Assembly (NCBI GenBank): GCA_963743305.1
Contig: CAVUPH010000031.1
Coordinates: forward strand, 1 to 27,932
Length of the DNA stretch: 27,932 nt
Source of the DNA: an uncultured delta proteobacterium
GTDB lineage: Bacteria; Desulfobacterota; RBG-13-43-22
Direction: 5' to 3'
Shown here: in pieces, positions 1 to 9,149 of the stretch
Position numbering within the stretch: position 1 is the stretch's first letter
How the letters are laid out: each line of letters opens with the position of its first letter
Notes under the pieces: generated by a model
What the model was told of the DNA's origin: nothing
Seen by the model: the letters and a program-made list of their open reading frames with translations, nothing else
Databases searched by the model: none
Program-made: the position numbers and the translations under genes

Positions 1-551
1 TAATCGACGGCCAACTGGCGCGTCAGGTTGGCTACGGCCCCTTTGGAGGTGCAATAGGCGGCTTCATTGGGAAGTCCGACCAAGCCCCCGATGGAGACGA
101 TGTTAATGATCTTTCCCCCTTGGCCTTGGGCCAGGAACTGGATGATGGCCTGCCGGGCAGAATTCCAGACCCCCTTACAATTAACGTTCATGGTGACGTC
201 ATATTCTTCCTCGGTCTGTTCATGGATTCCAGCTAAACCGGTAAAGATCCCGGCGTTGGCTACCATGATATCCAGGTGGCCGTACTGCTTTACCGCCGCT
301 TTAACCAGGGCCTGGACTTCAGAAGACTTGGAAACGTCGCAGGCCACAAAGGCCGCCTGGTGGCCGGCTTTCAGGATGGTTTCGTGGGTAGGGATGAGCC
401 GATCGCCCTCAAATCCTTCCTGGCGCGCTTCGGCACGAAGATCGGAACAGACCACCCGGGCACCTTCTTCAGCAAATGCCCTGGCGATGGCCCTTCCGAG
501 GCCGGAACTCGCCCCGGTAACGATAGTGACTTTATCTTTTAAACGTTGCAT
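1..551 (-). CDS. SDR family NAD(P)-dependent oxidoreductase (3' end runs off the window)
   Basis: Absent from the ORF track; translated by hand from ATG at 551: MQRLKDKVTIVTGASSGLGRAIA... with TGxxxGxG, ANAG, catalytic Ser (IVSIGG) and YCTSK. The frame is open to position 1. Confidence 0.93.
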   Translation of the reverse strand, partial: MQRLKDKVTIVTGASSGLGRAIARAFAEEGARVVCSDLRAEARQEGFEGDRLIPTHETILKAGHQAAFVACDVSKSSEVQALVKAAVKQYGHLDIMVANAGIFTGLAGIHEQTEEEYDVTMNVNCKGVWNSARQAIIQFLAQGQGGKIINIVSIGGLVGLPNEAAYCTSKGAVANLTRQLAVD

Positions 552-641
552 TAAAAACTCCTTTGTAGGGTTCATTGCGTTGCTCGCGTGTATAGCGTTT
601 ATTGAGTTACAACGCAACAAACGCTTTAAACTTGAATAGCC

Positions 642-1422
642 TTAAAGCGCCTGGCCCCCGTCTACCCGTATCAGATCCCCATGGATGAATCGAGACTCCT
701 CCGAAGCCAGGAAAACGGCCAGATCTGCCACATCCTCAGCTTCTCCCCAGCGTCCAGGGGGACCTCTTGCACAAACATCTTGGAAAACTCGGCGTCTTCA
801 TAAACACCTCTGGTCATGCTAGTTTTACAAAAGGTCGGGCAGATCCCGTTCACCCGAATGCCGTTCTGTCCATATTCGATAGCCAGGGAGTTGGTCAGAT
901 TGGCTGCCGCGGCCTTGGAAATATTATAGACGGCCTGGCAGGGGTAGGCCCCAACCCGGCAACAGAGATGATGTTGATTATGTTGCCACCTTTGCCTTGT
1001 TTCAAAAACCGCTTTACCGCCTCTTGGGACCCAAAAAACATACCCTTCACGTTCACGTCCAGACAGACGTCGAGTTCATCCTCGGTTATTTCATGAAATG
1101 GCTTCCCGGCCCGATACACTCCCGCATTGTTGACCATGATATCGAGACGACCAAACTTATCTACCGCAGCCCCCACCAGAGCGGTCACCTGGTCGGACTG
1201 GGATACATCACAGCTCACGAAGAGAGACTCGCCGCCAGTTAGCTGAATTGCCTTATGGGTTGGAACACTGATATCCCCCTCAAAACCATGCGGATCAGCA
1301 ACCTCCCTGATATCGGAACAAACCACTTTTGCCCCTTCGGAGGCGAATTTCATGGCGATAGCCCGACCGAGGCCGGAACTCGATCCTGTAATTATGGCTA
1401 CTTTGTCTTTCAACCGTTGCAT
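642..1422 (-). pseudogene. SDR family oxidoreductase with two single-base frameshifts (pseudogene or sequence error); paralog of the 1-551 gene
   Basis: ATG at 1422 after GGAG; TGSSSGLG and NNAG motifs. The frame shifts at ~949-952 into AYPCQAVYNISK (YxxxK)...GIRVNGICP, and at ~754-755 into PLGRWGEAEDVADLAVFLASEESRFIHGDLIRVDGG, ending at TAA 642. Confidence 0.9.
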
Positions 1423-1647
1423 TGCCAATCTCCCTTAAAGAGTTATTCGTGCGAATCGTGTTTATAGATTTCCACATCCATCGTTCTGAGAATTTGTCTC
1501 CAACAATGAATGTAAGAATCTAGATTAAAAGACGTTATCTTTAAATCTGCTAAGTGGTCTTTTGTTACAGCCAAAAATATTTTAAATATTTTTGGCTAGC
1601 GTTTATTGAATTACCGCGCGACAAGCCCAATAGACGTTATTACCCCT

Positions 1648-2691
1648 TTAGCGTGCCCCCGGTTTTCTCATCTTCATCATTTCTCGCCAATCATCGGCTT
1701 CAACTATTTCCCGGCCTAGCAATTCCACGATTTGTTTGGTGGACTGGAAAATTTCGAGATTGTTACTGATCAAGTCGTCCCGGTGGGGCCATCGCCAGAC
1801 CGTATCTTCCATCCCCACCCGTACGTTGTGTCCCAGGAGAAGGGCCAGGGTGGTCAGGTAGGAAGAAGCCCGGGCTGAGGCGCAGACGACGATCTGGGAG
1901 TCTTCGTCGATCTCTTTAATGCGGTTGCAGTAGTGCATGAGCACTTCCACCATGGCCTTGGGGCTGTGCATGGGGGATGAACCGGGCAGCGCAGGAAGGA
2001 TAATCCAATAATAGGGTTTCTCAAGCAACCCTGTTTTGATGAGATACCGGTGGGCGTTATCGATGTCTCCGTCGCTGTAGACGGCCAGTTGAGGCTTTAC
2101 GCCTAATTCCTGGCAGACTCGTGTCTTTTCGATCATGACGTGCGGTGGTTTCACGAGAATCGTATCACCCACGTAGGTACAGGTGGTGTTAATGGGCGTC
2201 TGATCCAGGAGCCCATCCTGCGTCACCTCGAGCATCTTCTGCCAGGAGCCGTCGAAGTCCGGCACCATACATCCGCAGACCATCCGGTCCGGATACTCTT
2301 TTCTTATGGGGTCGATCACGTGGTGGAAGAGTTCCGGGTCCAAAATGTTGTATCCGTCTTCATTACGGACATGGACATGGATGTTGGGAGCGCCGGCCTT
2401 AAGGCAGGCTAGGGCCTGCTCTCGAATAGCATCGGGGTCAATCGGTTGGTTCGGATTCCCTTTCTTGCTGTAGAAGGCGCCGACAACGGTCTGGCATACT
2501 AACACCTTCTTAGGGATATTCCACTTCGGCAAAACCTCGACGTCGATTCCGAACCGGGTGCCAAAGGGATCAACGATCTCAGGAAGGCCGAAAGGGATGG
2601 AAATGGCTTTAAATTCTTCCTTCCTGCCTAAGGGGTTCACATCCTTCTTCCATTCATTCACATATTCCCAATTTACTTTGTCCTTTCCCAT
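1648..2691 (-). CDS. Beta-keto acid cleavage enzyme (BKACE / DUF849, 3-keto-5-aminohexanoate cleavage family) with N-terminal extension
   Basis: Zn-binding HVHVR and RVGMED motifs, NPNQP...A..C..AGA segment, RBS AGGAGG upstream. Confidence 0.88.
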   Translation of the reverse strand: MGKDKVNWEYVNEWKKDVNPLGRKEEFKAISIPFGLPEIVDPFGTRFGIDVEVLPKWNIPKKVLVCQTVVGAFYSKKGNPNQPIDPDAIREQALACLKAGAPNIHVHVRNEDGYNILDPELFHHVIDPIRKEYPDRMVCGCMVPDFDGSWQKMLEVTQDGLLDQTPINTTCTYVGDTILVKPPHVMIEKTRVCQELGVKPQLAVYSDGDIDNAHRYLIKTGLLEKPYYWIILPALPGSSPMHSPKAMVEVLMHYCNRIKEIDEDSQIVVCASARASSYLTTLALLLGHNVRVGMEDTVWRWPHRDDLISNNLEIFQSTKQIVELLGREIVEADDWREMMKMRKPGAR

Positions 2692-3104
2692 GGTTGCCTC
2701 CTTCTGATAATTTCCAACCCGAGCGGCAAGAAATTAGCCTCACGGTCGGGTATTTGTTAGCATGGGAAAATCGTGATGTAAATGTTGAGAATATATGAGG
2801 AAGTTACGAGGGAAAAACTAATATCGATGGCTCTTGATCGTTTCCAGCAGCGGGGCATTAGAGGATAAATTACCCTCGATATTTGATACGCCAGAATTTT
2901 TCTCGATTAGGTATTGAGCTAAATTTAATCAGCAGTCATTTTAGTTATTCATTAATCAGTATTGGATGTCATCCTCGACCCCTTTGCTTGCCAACCCAAA
3001 CTTGCTTTTACTGGATAAACCCTCTTTTGGAACAGGTTCGCTGGTAGTCAACGAATGGAGTCCGTTGATTACGCTTATGAATCAAAAATCCATTTTCCCC
3101 CAAT

Positions 3105-3356
3105 TTACACCGGCCCCAACCCCAGCCTTCTGGCGATGATCCGCTTCATGATTTCGGTGGTGCCGGCGAAGATGGAGAGAGTGCGGGCGTCCCGGAAGAG
3201 GCGGCTGATGCGGTACTCCTCCATATAGCCGTAGCCGCCGTGGAGTTGCACGGCCTGGTAGGCGATGAGGTTGACCATTTCCCCCGGCCAGGCCTTGGCG
3301 TTAGAGACCGTGATGACGATTTCGTCCCCTCGGTAGTATTCTTGCGCCAATCTATT
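3105..3356 (-). pseudogene. 3'-terminal fragment of the acyl-CoA dehydrogenase (copy 3; direct repeat of ~9150-9400)
   Basis: Encodes ...AVQLHGGYGYMEEYRISRLFRDARTLSIFAGTTEIMKRIIARRLGLGPV*. Positions 3182-3265 are identical to the full gene; the 5' ~300 codons are missing. Confidence 0.92.
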
Positions 3357-3583
3357 TGAATCAGGCAAGCCGACGGGTGCCCCCAGCCTGTTTGCCGGAA
3401 TTAAAAAGGCCGTAATCGGGCCTCTTAAAGAAAACTATAGAAAAATTGGCAAATAGGTTATTATAATAGCAGTTTAGTCAGTATAGCGGTCGTGTTTATC
3501 ACCTCTGAGACCTTATATGGATATGTTAGTGAGGGATTTAATGGTACCAAAGAAAAATAAAATGTTCTTGAAGGAGGACAAGG

Positions 3584-3829
3584 TTGCCGGTTATCCTAAG
3601 GCATAAGGGATATCGATTTTTCTTTTTCTCCAATGAAGGAGAACCGCCTGAACCTCCCCATGTTCACGTGCGCCGAGGTGAAGCGGTGGCTAAATTTTGG
3701 CTATTCCCCCAAGTTAGCCTGGAAGAAAGCTATGGACAATCTCCATCAGAATTACGGGAGCTGGCCGGTTTTATTCAAAACAACAAAGAATTTATAGGGA
3801 GGCGGTGGGATGAATCCTTTAGCACTTAG
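3584..3829 (+). CDS. DUF4160 family protein (putative type II toxin)
   Basis: MP.I....GYRFFFFSNE...EPPHVHV....AKFWL signature; RBS AAGGAGG before TTG; overlaps the next gene. Confidence 0.88.
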   Translation: MPVILRHKGYRFFFFSNEGEPPEPPHVHVRRGEAVAKFWLFPQVSLEESYGQSPSELRELAGFIQNNKEFIGRRWDESFST

Positions 3830-4133
3830 GCCTTTAGCCCAAAATATTTTTTTTGATCCGGACAACCTGTGGGTCGAATTGGCCGATGGGCGAAAGTTGA
3901 GCGTCCCACTGGCTTTTTTCCCCAGGCAGTTAAAGGCCACCCCCCAGCAGCGTGAGGCCCATGAGATCAGCGGAGGGGGTACGGGGCTCCATTGGGATGA
4001 AATTGACGAAGACATTAGCGTTAAACATCTCTTGCTGGGAATAGAGGACCGAACGAGTCCCGATTATGCCCTATCGAGAAGAACTACCGAAACCCCACCG
4101 GGGACAGACAAGGGGCTGTGCCTAACAGTCTAG
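3810..4133 (+). CDS. DUF2442 family protein (putative antitoxin partner of DUF4160)
   Basis: LWVELADGRKLSVPLAFFPR...GGGTGLHWDEIDEDISV signature; usual DUF4160-DUF2442 gene order. Confidence 0.88.
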   Translation: MNPLALRPLAQNIFFDPDNLWVELADGRKLSVPLAFFPRQLKATPQQREAHEISGGGTGLHWDEIDEDISVKHLLLGIEDRTSPDYALSRRTTETPPGTDKGLCLTV

Positions 4134-4171
4134 AATAAGCGCCCTAGAACTAATGGGACATCCCACCACAT

Positions 4172-4403
4172 TTAAACCGGTCCCAGCCCCAGCCTGCGGG
4201 CAATGATCCGCTTCATGATCTCGGTGGTGCCGGCGAAGATGGAGAGGCTGCGGGCGTCCCGGAAGAGGCGGCTGATGCGGTATTCTTCCATGTAGCCGTA
4301 GCCACCGTGGAGCTGCACGGCCTGGCAGGCGACGCGGTTGACCATTTCCCCCAGCCAGACCTTGGCCATGGAGAGCTTAGTGACCAAGTCATAGCCCCGG
4401 ATG
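4172..4403 (-). pseudogene. 3'-terminal fragment of the acyl-CoA dehydrogenase (copy 2; direct repeat of 9150-9381)
   Basis: Manual alignment gives about 16 mismatches in 232 bp against the full gene, with the frame intact to the stop codon. Confidence 0.93.
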
Positions 4404-4461
4404 CGGAATTTTCTTTGGCGAGTGGGCAGGATTTTTCTTAGAACCCTTTTTGGAGTAGATG

Positions 4462-4503
4462 GGGGAAGACGAGTGGGACAGGCGCACTCGTCTTCCCCTT
4501 TTT
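4462..4503. terminator. Intrinsic terminator-like hairpin
   Basis: 14-bp stem GGGGAAGACGAGTG/CACTCGTCTTCCCC followed by T5 on the + strand; ~30 nt past the C45 gene stop. Confidence 0.65.
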
Positions 4504-4533
4504 GAACTTATTGATTCAGCAATAGGATTGAAG

Positions 4534-6051
4534 TTATTTCTTCAACAGCTTCGTAGTGACCATTTGAGAATATAGTTGCGCGGTGGCATAGTTCGTACAG
4601 GCTGCGCTCCACAGAGGCATTTGCGCCTCCTTGTGGGGCCTTTTGTGGCCGAAGACGCGGCGTTCGGCAGATTCTTCCGCCATTCTACCTTTCCACCAGG
4701 CATCACTGGCTTGCATCAGTAAACGCTGAAGCGAGTGTCGCGTTTCACGGTCTAAGGAACGAGACTTATCGCTGAAAGCATCCGAAGCCGTTCTGATCAT
4801 TTTCAGGGCATCGTCCGACGCGGCCCTGGCCAGCTCATGGATGGAATCCTTTAGCTGCCACTTCGTATATTCTCCGGTCGGTTTGGGGTCATCGGGCCAA
4901 TAATACTGGATGGTGGTGCCCTGCGGTCCGCCGGACTGCAAGTAGGCTGTCTTTTGCACGGGGAACTGGATCACTTGCGATTCACCGCCCTCGCAGTTAT
5001 TGCCCGGAACATTGCAGGTGTTGAAGTCATTCGGGTCATTGGGAACCGGGACCGTGTTCCAGGTATCGGTTTTGGCGTCATACCAGTCGTTGGCCGCCCA
5101 CAGGGCCTTGACAAAGTCCAGGTCGACGGCACCCTCCGGCGCCGCAGACAGTTTCTTGAAAACGGTAGCGTAGCGCACAAAGGTATCGGGAAAATATTCG
5201 GGGCCCAGATTGTACGGCGTCATGGTGGGACTATTGTAGTTGTTGGTCTGAGCAACGAAGTCCCTCTCGCCGAGATCCCCCGGTTTCCTGATCGCAGAGG
5301 CGCAAGGGCCCACTTCCCAATCGAACACGCCGGATTTATTGGCAAAGAGGAAATTGCCCGTCACACCCCCTTTGGGAGTGCCGTTCACGTAGGCCATCGC
5401 TTCCTCGGGCGATTTACAGTATTGCTGGAGATAATGAAAGTAGACTTCCGACGGCACGCCCCAACTGCTGGCACAATCGAGCCAGGGCGCGTTCACCGCC
5501 GCGGTCATAATCCAGGCAAAATGGCTGTTCATTCCGGTATTGTTGGTGACTTTGCCGGCCATGGTCAAATTGATGAACCGTTCGCCGTCGGTAGGAAAGG
5601 CAACCAGGACCACATAGGCCTTTATGTCGGACATGAATCCAAGGGTCAGGGAAACCATGGGTTTACCGTCCGCTGTGGCCTTTCCTGTTGCGGCGAGTGC
5701 GGAGCAGGAGGCCATCGGCTGCGTGTTGGTGCGTCCCTTGGCCAAAACCGGCCTGTTCCTGGCGGCGGCAGAGGCGACCACACCCGTTTCAGCCGGATAG
5801 TCCATCGCCGGACGAGCCCATGCCTCCTGAGGTACGACCATCAAGGCTACCAGGTCCGAGTAAGTAACATGGAAGAACCCCTTGTTTTTACAGCCTTGGG
5901 AGATGCCGTGGAGCCAGTCCTTCAACGCCGGGTCGTATCTCTCCAGGTAGTAGGTCCAGACCTGTATATCCTTGGCTATGACCTCGGCCGGCACTTTGTG
6001 TTCGCATACGGGGGAGTCGTAGCAGACCTGAGTGTTTAAGATGTTGTTCAC
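4534..6051 (-). CDS. Ntn-hydrolase of the C45 (acyl-CoA:6-APA acyltransferase-like) family, probably 5'-truncated
   Basis: Putative autocleavage Cys in ASCSALAATGKATADGKP, plus GNFLFA and AQTNNY motifs. GTG start with no RBS and an in-frame TGA 13 codons upstream. Confidence 0.6.
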   Translation of the reverse strand: MNNILNTQVCYDSPVCEHKVPAEVIAKDIQVWTYYLERYDPALKDWLHGISQGCKNKGFFHVTYSDLVALMVVPQEAWARPAMDYPAETGVVASAAARNRPVLAKGRTNTQPMASCSALAATGKATADGKPMVSLTLGFMSDIKAYVVLVAFPTDGERFINLTMAGKVTNNTGMNSHFAWIMTAAVNAPWLDCASSWGVPSEVYFHYLQQYCKSPEEAMAYVNGTPKGGVTGNFLFANKSGVFDWEVGPCASAIRKPGDLGERDFVAQTNNYNSPTMTPYNLGPEYFPDTFVRYATVFKKLSAAPEGAVDLDFVKALWAANDWYDAKTDTWNTVPVPNDPNDFNTCNVPGNNCEGGESQVIQFPVQKTAYLQSGGPQGTTIQYYWPDDPKPTGEYTKWQLKDSIHELARAASDDALKMIRTASDAFSDKSRSLDRETRHSLQRLLMQASDAWWKGRMAEESAERRVFGHKRPHKEAQMPLWSAACTNYATAQLYSQMVTTKLLKK

Positions 6052-6182
6052 GGCTAGACGATTCTGTTCAATAATCGGAAAAGTAAATCAGAAAACTTGA
6101 CTTTCGGCCGCCGGGAAAGTAAGTTAACGGAAATAAAATCTGTTCGATGATCCCTGGTTACCCTTGGTCCCTATGAACCCGC

Positions 6183-7079
6183 ATGCGATCTGCTCCTAGG
6201 TCAATCATGGACTGCGATTTTATCTATAACCGAATTCTTCCGCATTGCCCGATTCAACCCTACGATCGAGATGCCTTTGCCTGTCTGCCGGCCTACGGGT
6301 ACCAGAAGATAATTGCCTATTACAGTCAGGTTCGTATTCAAAAAGATGCGGTCAAAAGAACCATCTACCCCACGGGGAGTTCCGCCCTGGTTTTTCGCTG
6401 TGACCGGAACAGACCCGGAGCCTTTTTCGTTGGCACCCCCACGACTCCTCGCGAAGCGGAATATGCCATCCCGGGGTGTGACTATTTCCTGGTTTGGTTT
6501 TGGCCAGGAAAGGGCTATGCTTTTTTCCCTGTTCCGGCGATAGAGACCATCGACCGATCTTACCCTTTAGATCAAATAGACGCCGGAGAATTAGAAAGAA
6601 TTACGGAATCAATCGTGCTGGCTCAAACTTTTCAGGGGCGGGTGGTGCTCTTTGAACGATTTATGGAGCGGCGCCTGGGCCGGTTGCCTGAAATTCCGAA
6701 GAATCACTTATCCATGATAGCGACCGTCTGCCACCGTTTGCAGGGCCTGAAGGACGAAGAGCTGGAGCGGGGCCTCGGGTACAGTGAGCGGCAAATTCGA
6801 AGGCTGTTCCAGAAATATGTCGGGATCTCTCCCGTTTTATTTAGAAGGATCAAGCGTCATCAAAACACGCTGAAGGCGTTGAATGTTCGGTTAAACGACG
6901 ACTTAGCCGGCTTGGCCGCCGAGCAGGGCTATTTTGACCAATCCCATCTCATCAGAGAATTTAAGAAATTTCTGGGCGCTACTCCGACTCAGTTGGTCCG
7001 CGAATACATCCGCAGGGGTCAACGGTCCGTGCTATTTATGGAGAAAGAGGCGGCCCCTCCGGGTCTAACCGGCAGATAG
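6183..7079 (+). CDS. AraC family transcriptional regulator (DUF6597-like N-terminus)
   Basis: C-terminal HTH GYSERQIRRLFQKYVGISP...GYFDQSHLIREFKKFLGATP; divergent from the C45 gene. Confidence 0.9.
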   Translation: MRSAPRSIMDCDFIYNRILPHCPIQPYDRDAFACLPAYGYQKIIAYYSQVRIQKDAVKRTIYPTGSSALVFRCDRNRPGAFFVGTPTTPREAEYAIPGCDYFLVWFWPGKGYAFFPVPAIETIDRSYPLDQIDAGELERITESIVLAQTFQGRVVLFERFMERRLGRLPEIPKNHLSMIATVCHRLQGLKDEELERGLGYSERQIRRLFQKYVGISPVLFRRIKRHQNTLKALNVRLNDDLAGLAAEQGYFDQSHLIREFKKFLGATPTQLVREYIRRGQRSVLFMEKEAAPPGLTGR

Positions 7080-7283
7080 ACCACCAACAGAACAGGTTTT
7101 TCAAGAGGGCCTCCCCCGCTTCGATGAATAGTTAGGGAAGGGAAGGCATCCTAAAATAACCAAAATATATTTCCGGAACTTTCAAACTTTTGGAGTCCCC
7201 CGTCAAAGCCGGGCGTTTCACCTCAAAAAAATATCAATAACTTGGCTTGGCCCGCCTCCCCCCGGGAAGAGCAGGTCGACCGC

Positions 7284-7324
7284 GCGCCGTCCCCCGGTCT
7301 TATCATGGGGCCGGGGGACGGCGC
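7284..7324. terminator. GC-rich hairpin between the convergent AraC and serine hydrolase genes
   Basis: Perfect 14-bp stem GCGCCGTCCCCCGG/CCGGGGGACGGCGC followed by TTT. Confidence 0.55.
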
Positions 7325-7405
7325 TTTGGCGGAAACTTTTCTGCACCGGGAGGAGCGGAGCCCTTTTCATTGGGCAACCGCCCGCAACCATCGACTTTTC
7401 GTCAG

Positions 7406-8692
7406 CTATTTCGCCAATAGGTCGGATAGTTTCTGGAAAAAGGCGAGGTTCTCATCTCTCCACCCAAGAGGTGCGGGGGTGTAGCTCAGCTTGACGATCA
7501 CCGTTTGATTTTGCGGGTCGATATAGATGAATTGATTGTGCAGGCCGATCGCCGAATAGGCATCGGAGTTGGGAACCGTCCACCATTGATACTGGTACCC
7601 GAGTTTTGCGCCTTCAGACGTGGGTTCATACCCCTTATCCGGAACGGTGGAGGCCCGGACCCACTCTGCCGGAATGACCTGTTTTCCGTTGGCCACACCT
7701 TTGTTTAGCATCAAGAGCCCGAAACGGCCGTAGTCACGCAATGTGGCATTGAAACCGGCCCCGTAAAACTCCCGGCCGACCGAGTCCGGACCGTCCATTA
7801 TCCAGTAGGCGTCGTGTTCCATCCCGGCGGGTTTCCAGAGTTTTTCAGACATGTACTGGCTGCCGGTCATGCCGACGACTCGTTCCAGAACGCAACCCAG
7901 AACACTGGCATCGAGCGTGGAATAGTTGAATTTTTCACCCGGTTTTCCACCAGGCTTGGATTCCTTGGCGGCGTAATCGCACCACCGATATTTATAGGCC
8001 ACCAGGGAGTTATCGTGTACCCGGGTGAGCTGGGTGTCACTGCCGAATTTGTATACCTCCAGCCAATCCACCCCTGAACGCATACGAAGCAAATCACGGA
8101 TCGTCGCATTCGCATAACCTGAATCTTTCATTTCCGGAAGGTAGACACTGACTTTGTCATCAAGACTTTTAATCCTCCCTTCAGAAAGGGCGATACCGAT
8201 CAATTCCGCATCAAAGGATTTTGCCATGGAAAAAGAGATGAAGGTCGTCTTTTCGTCGCTGCCATTTCGGTAAATTTCCTGAACGATCCGGCCGTTTTTG
8301 ATCACCAGCAGTGCATTGGTGGCGGTTTTTTCAAGGAAATCTTCCAGTTCATAGGAGCCTCCCTGGAATTCAAACTTGGCCTTTATCGATACGGGTGAGG
8401 AGGGGATCTGCCATACTTCTCCACCGGCCGGGACCCTTCTCGTTGCAAACATTTGATCCAAATGTTGGAAAAGGAGGTAACTCAGTTTGGGATTAAACAT
8501 GTTGGCCCGGGCATTGATCATCGTCGGCGTAAGCCAGCGGGTGTCGTTGTCCGCCAGGGCCGTTTCACTATGTGCCACAAGGACGAAAGATGCGATGAGA
8601 CCAATGGAAAAAAAAGAATAGCTCCGAATTCTGTTGATGAAAACCGACCCCCATCGATCCGACGTATGTTTGATAGCAATCTGTCGACTCAT
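7406..8692 (-). CDS. Exported serine hydrolase, beta-lactamase class C / NylB-like family
   Basis: SxxK (SMAKS), FNYS, YGRFG, GYQYQWW and AIGLHNQFIYIDP motifs; hydrophobic N-terminal segment ending ALA; RBS GAGGAGG. Confidence 0.88.
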   Translation of the reverse strand: MSRQIAIKHTSDRWGSVFINRIRSYSFFSIGLIASFVLVAHSETALADNDTRWLTPTMINARANMFNPKLSYLLFQHLDQMFATRRVPAGGEVWQIPSSPVSIKAKFEFQGGSYELEDFLEKTATNALLVIKNGRIVQEIYRNGSDEKTTFISFSMAKSFDAELIGIALSEGRIKSLDDKVSVYLPEMKDSGYANATIRDLLRMRSGVDWLEVYKFGSDTQLTRVHDNSLVAYKYRWCDYAAKESKPGGKPGEKFNYSTLDASVLGCVLERVVGMTGSQYMSEKLWKPAGMEHDAYWIMDGPDSVGREFYGAGFNATLRDYGRFGLLMLNKGVANGKQVIPAEWVRASTVPDKGYEPTSEGAKLGYQYQWWTVPNSDAYSAIGLHNQFIYIDPQNQTVIVKLSYTPAPLGWRDENLAFFQKLSDLLAK

Positions 8693-9149
8693 ATCACTGT
8701 CCTCCTCTTTGATGTAAAATCATTTTAGTTGAATGCTGGATTTATGTTGACGGATGCAACAGATAGTTTGGATGGCCTTATCAACGGCCACCTCTAGGGA
8801 GGACCGAATTCATGATGATCAACTCTCCTCGAATTTGATGATGAAAGGTTGTCCACGCCCAAGTTCCCCAAGTTTAAGGATATCCAGACACCTGGTACGT
8901 ATCCTAGTCTCGGAAATTCGAAATGTATTGTAAAAATCGGACATTTTAAAAAGGAATTGATACTGATCAAGCCCTTCAAAAACGGGCTAGGCGGTTTTTT
9001 TTAGGGACAAAAAGGGGGCTTTTAGATTAAGCGGAGGGCACGAGCCAAACGCGATTTTCCCCGGGGCAAATCCGGCATGTCACCCTTCGCGGCCATAAAC
9101 GGGAATTCCTGCTACGATTCACGAAGGAAATAGGAACACCCCGACTCAT

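Noticed and set aside
4954-6039. 361-aa + strand ORF
   Set aside because: Antisense shadow of the C45-like gene with no recognisable motif.
7406-8692. True beta-lactamase / resistance gene
   Set aside because: Motifs fit the broad esterase/amidase branch of the family; nothing specific for AmpC.
4101-9020. GGGACAGACAAGGGGCT (4101-4117) vs GGGACAAAAAGGGGGCT (9004-9020) as cassette-end sites
   Set aside because: 14/17 match but at different distances from the ACAD stops, with no counterpart near copy 3; could be chance.
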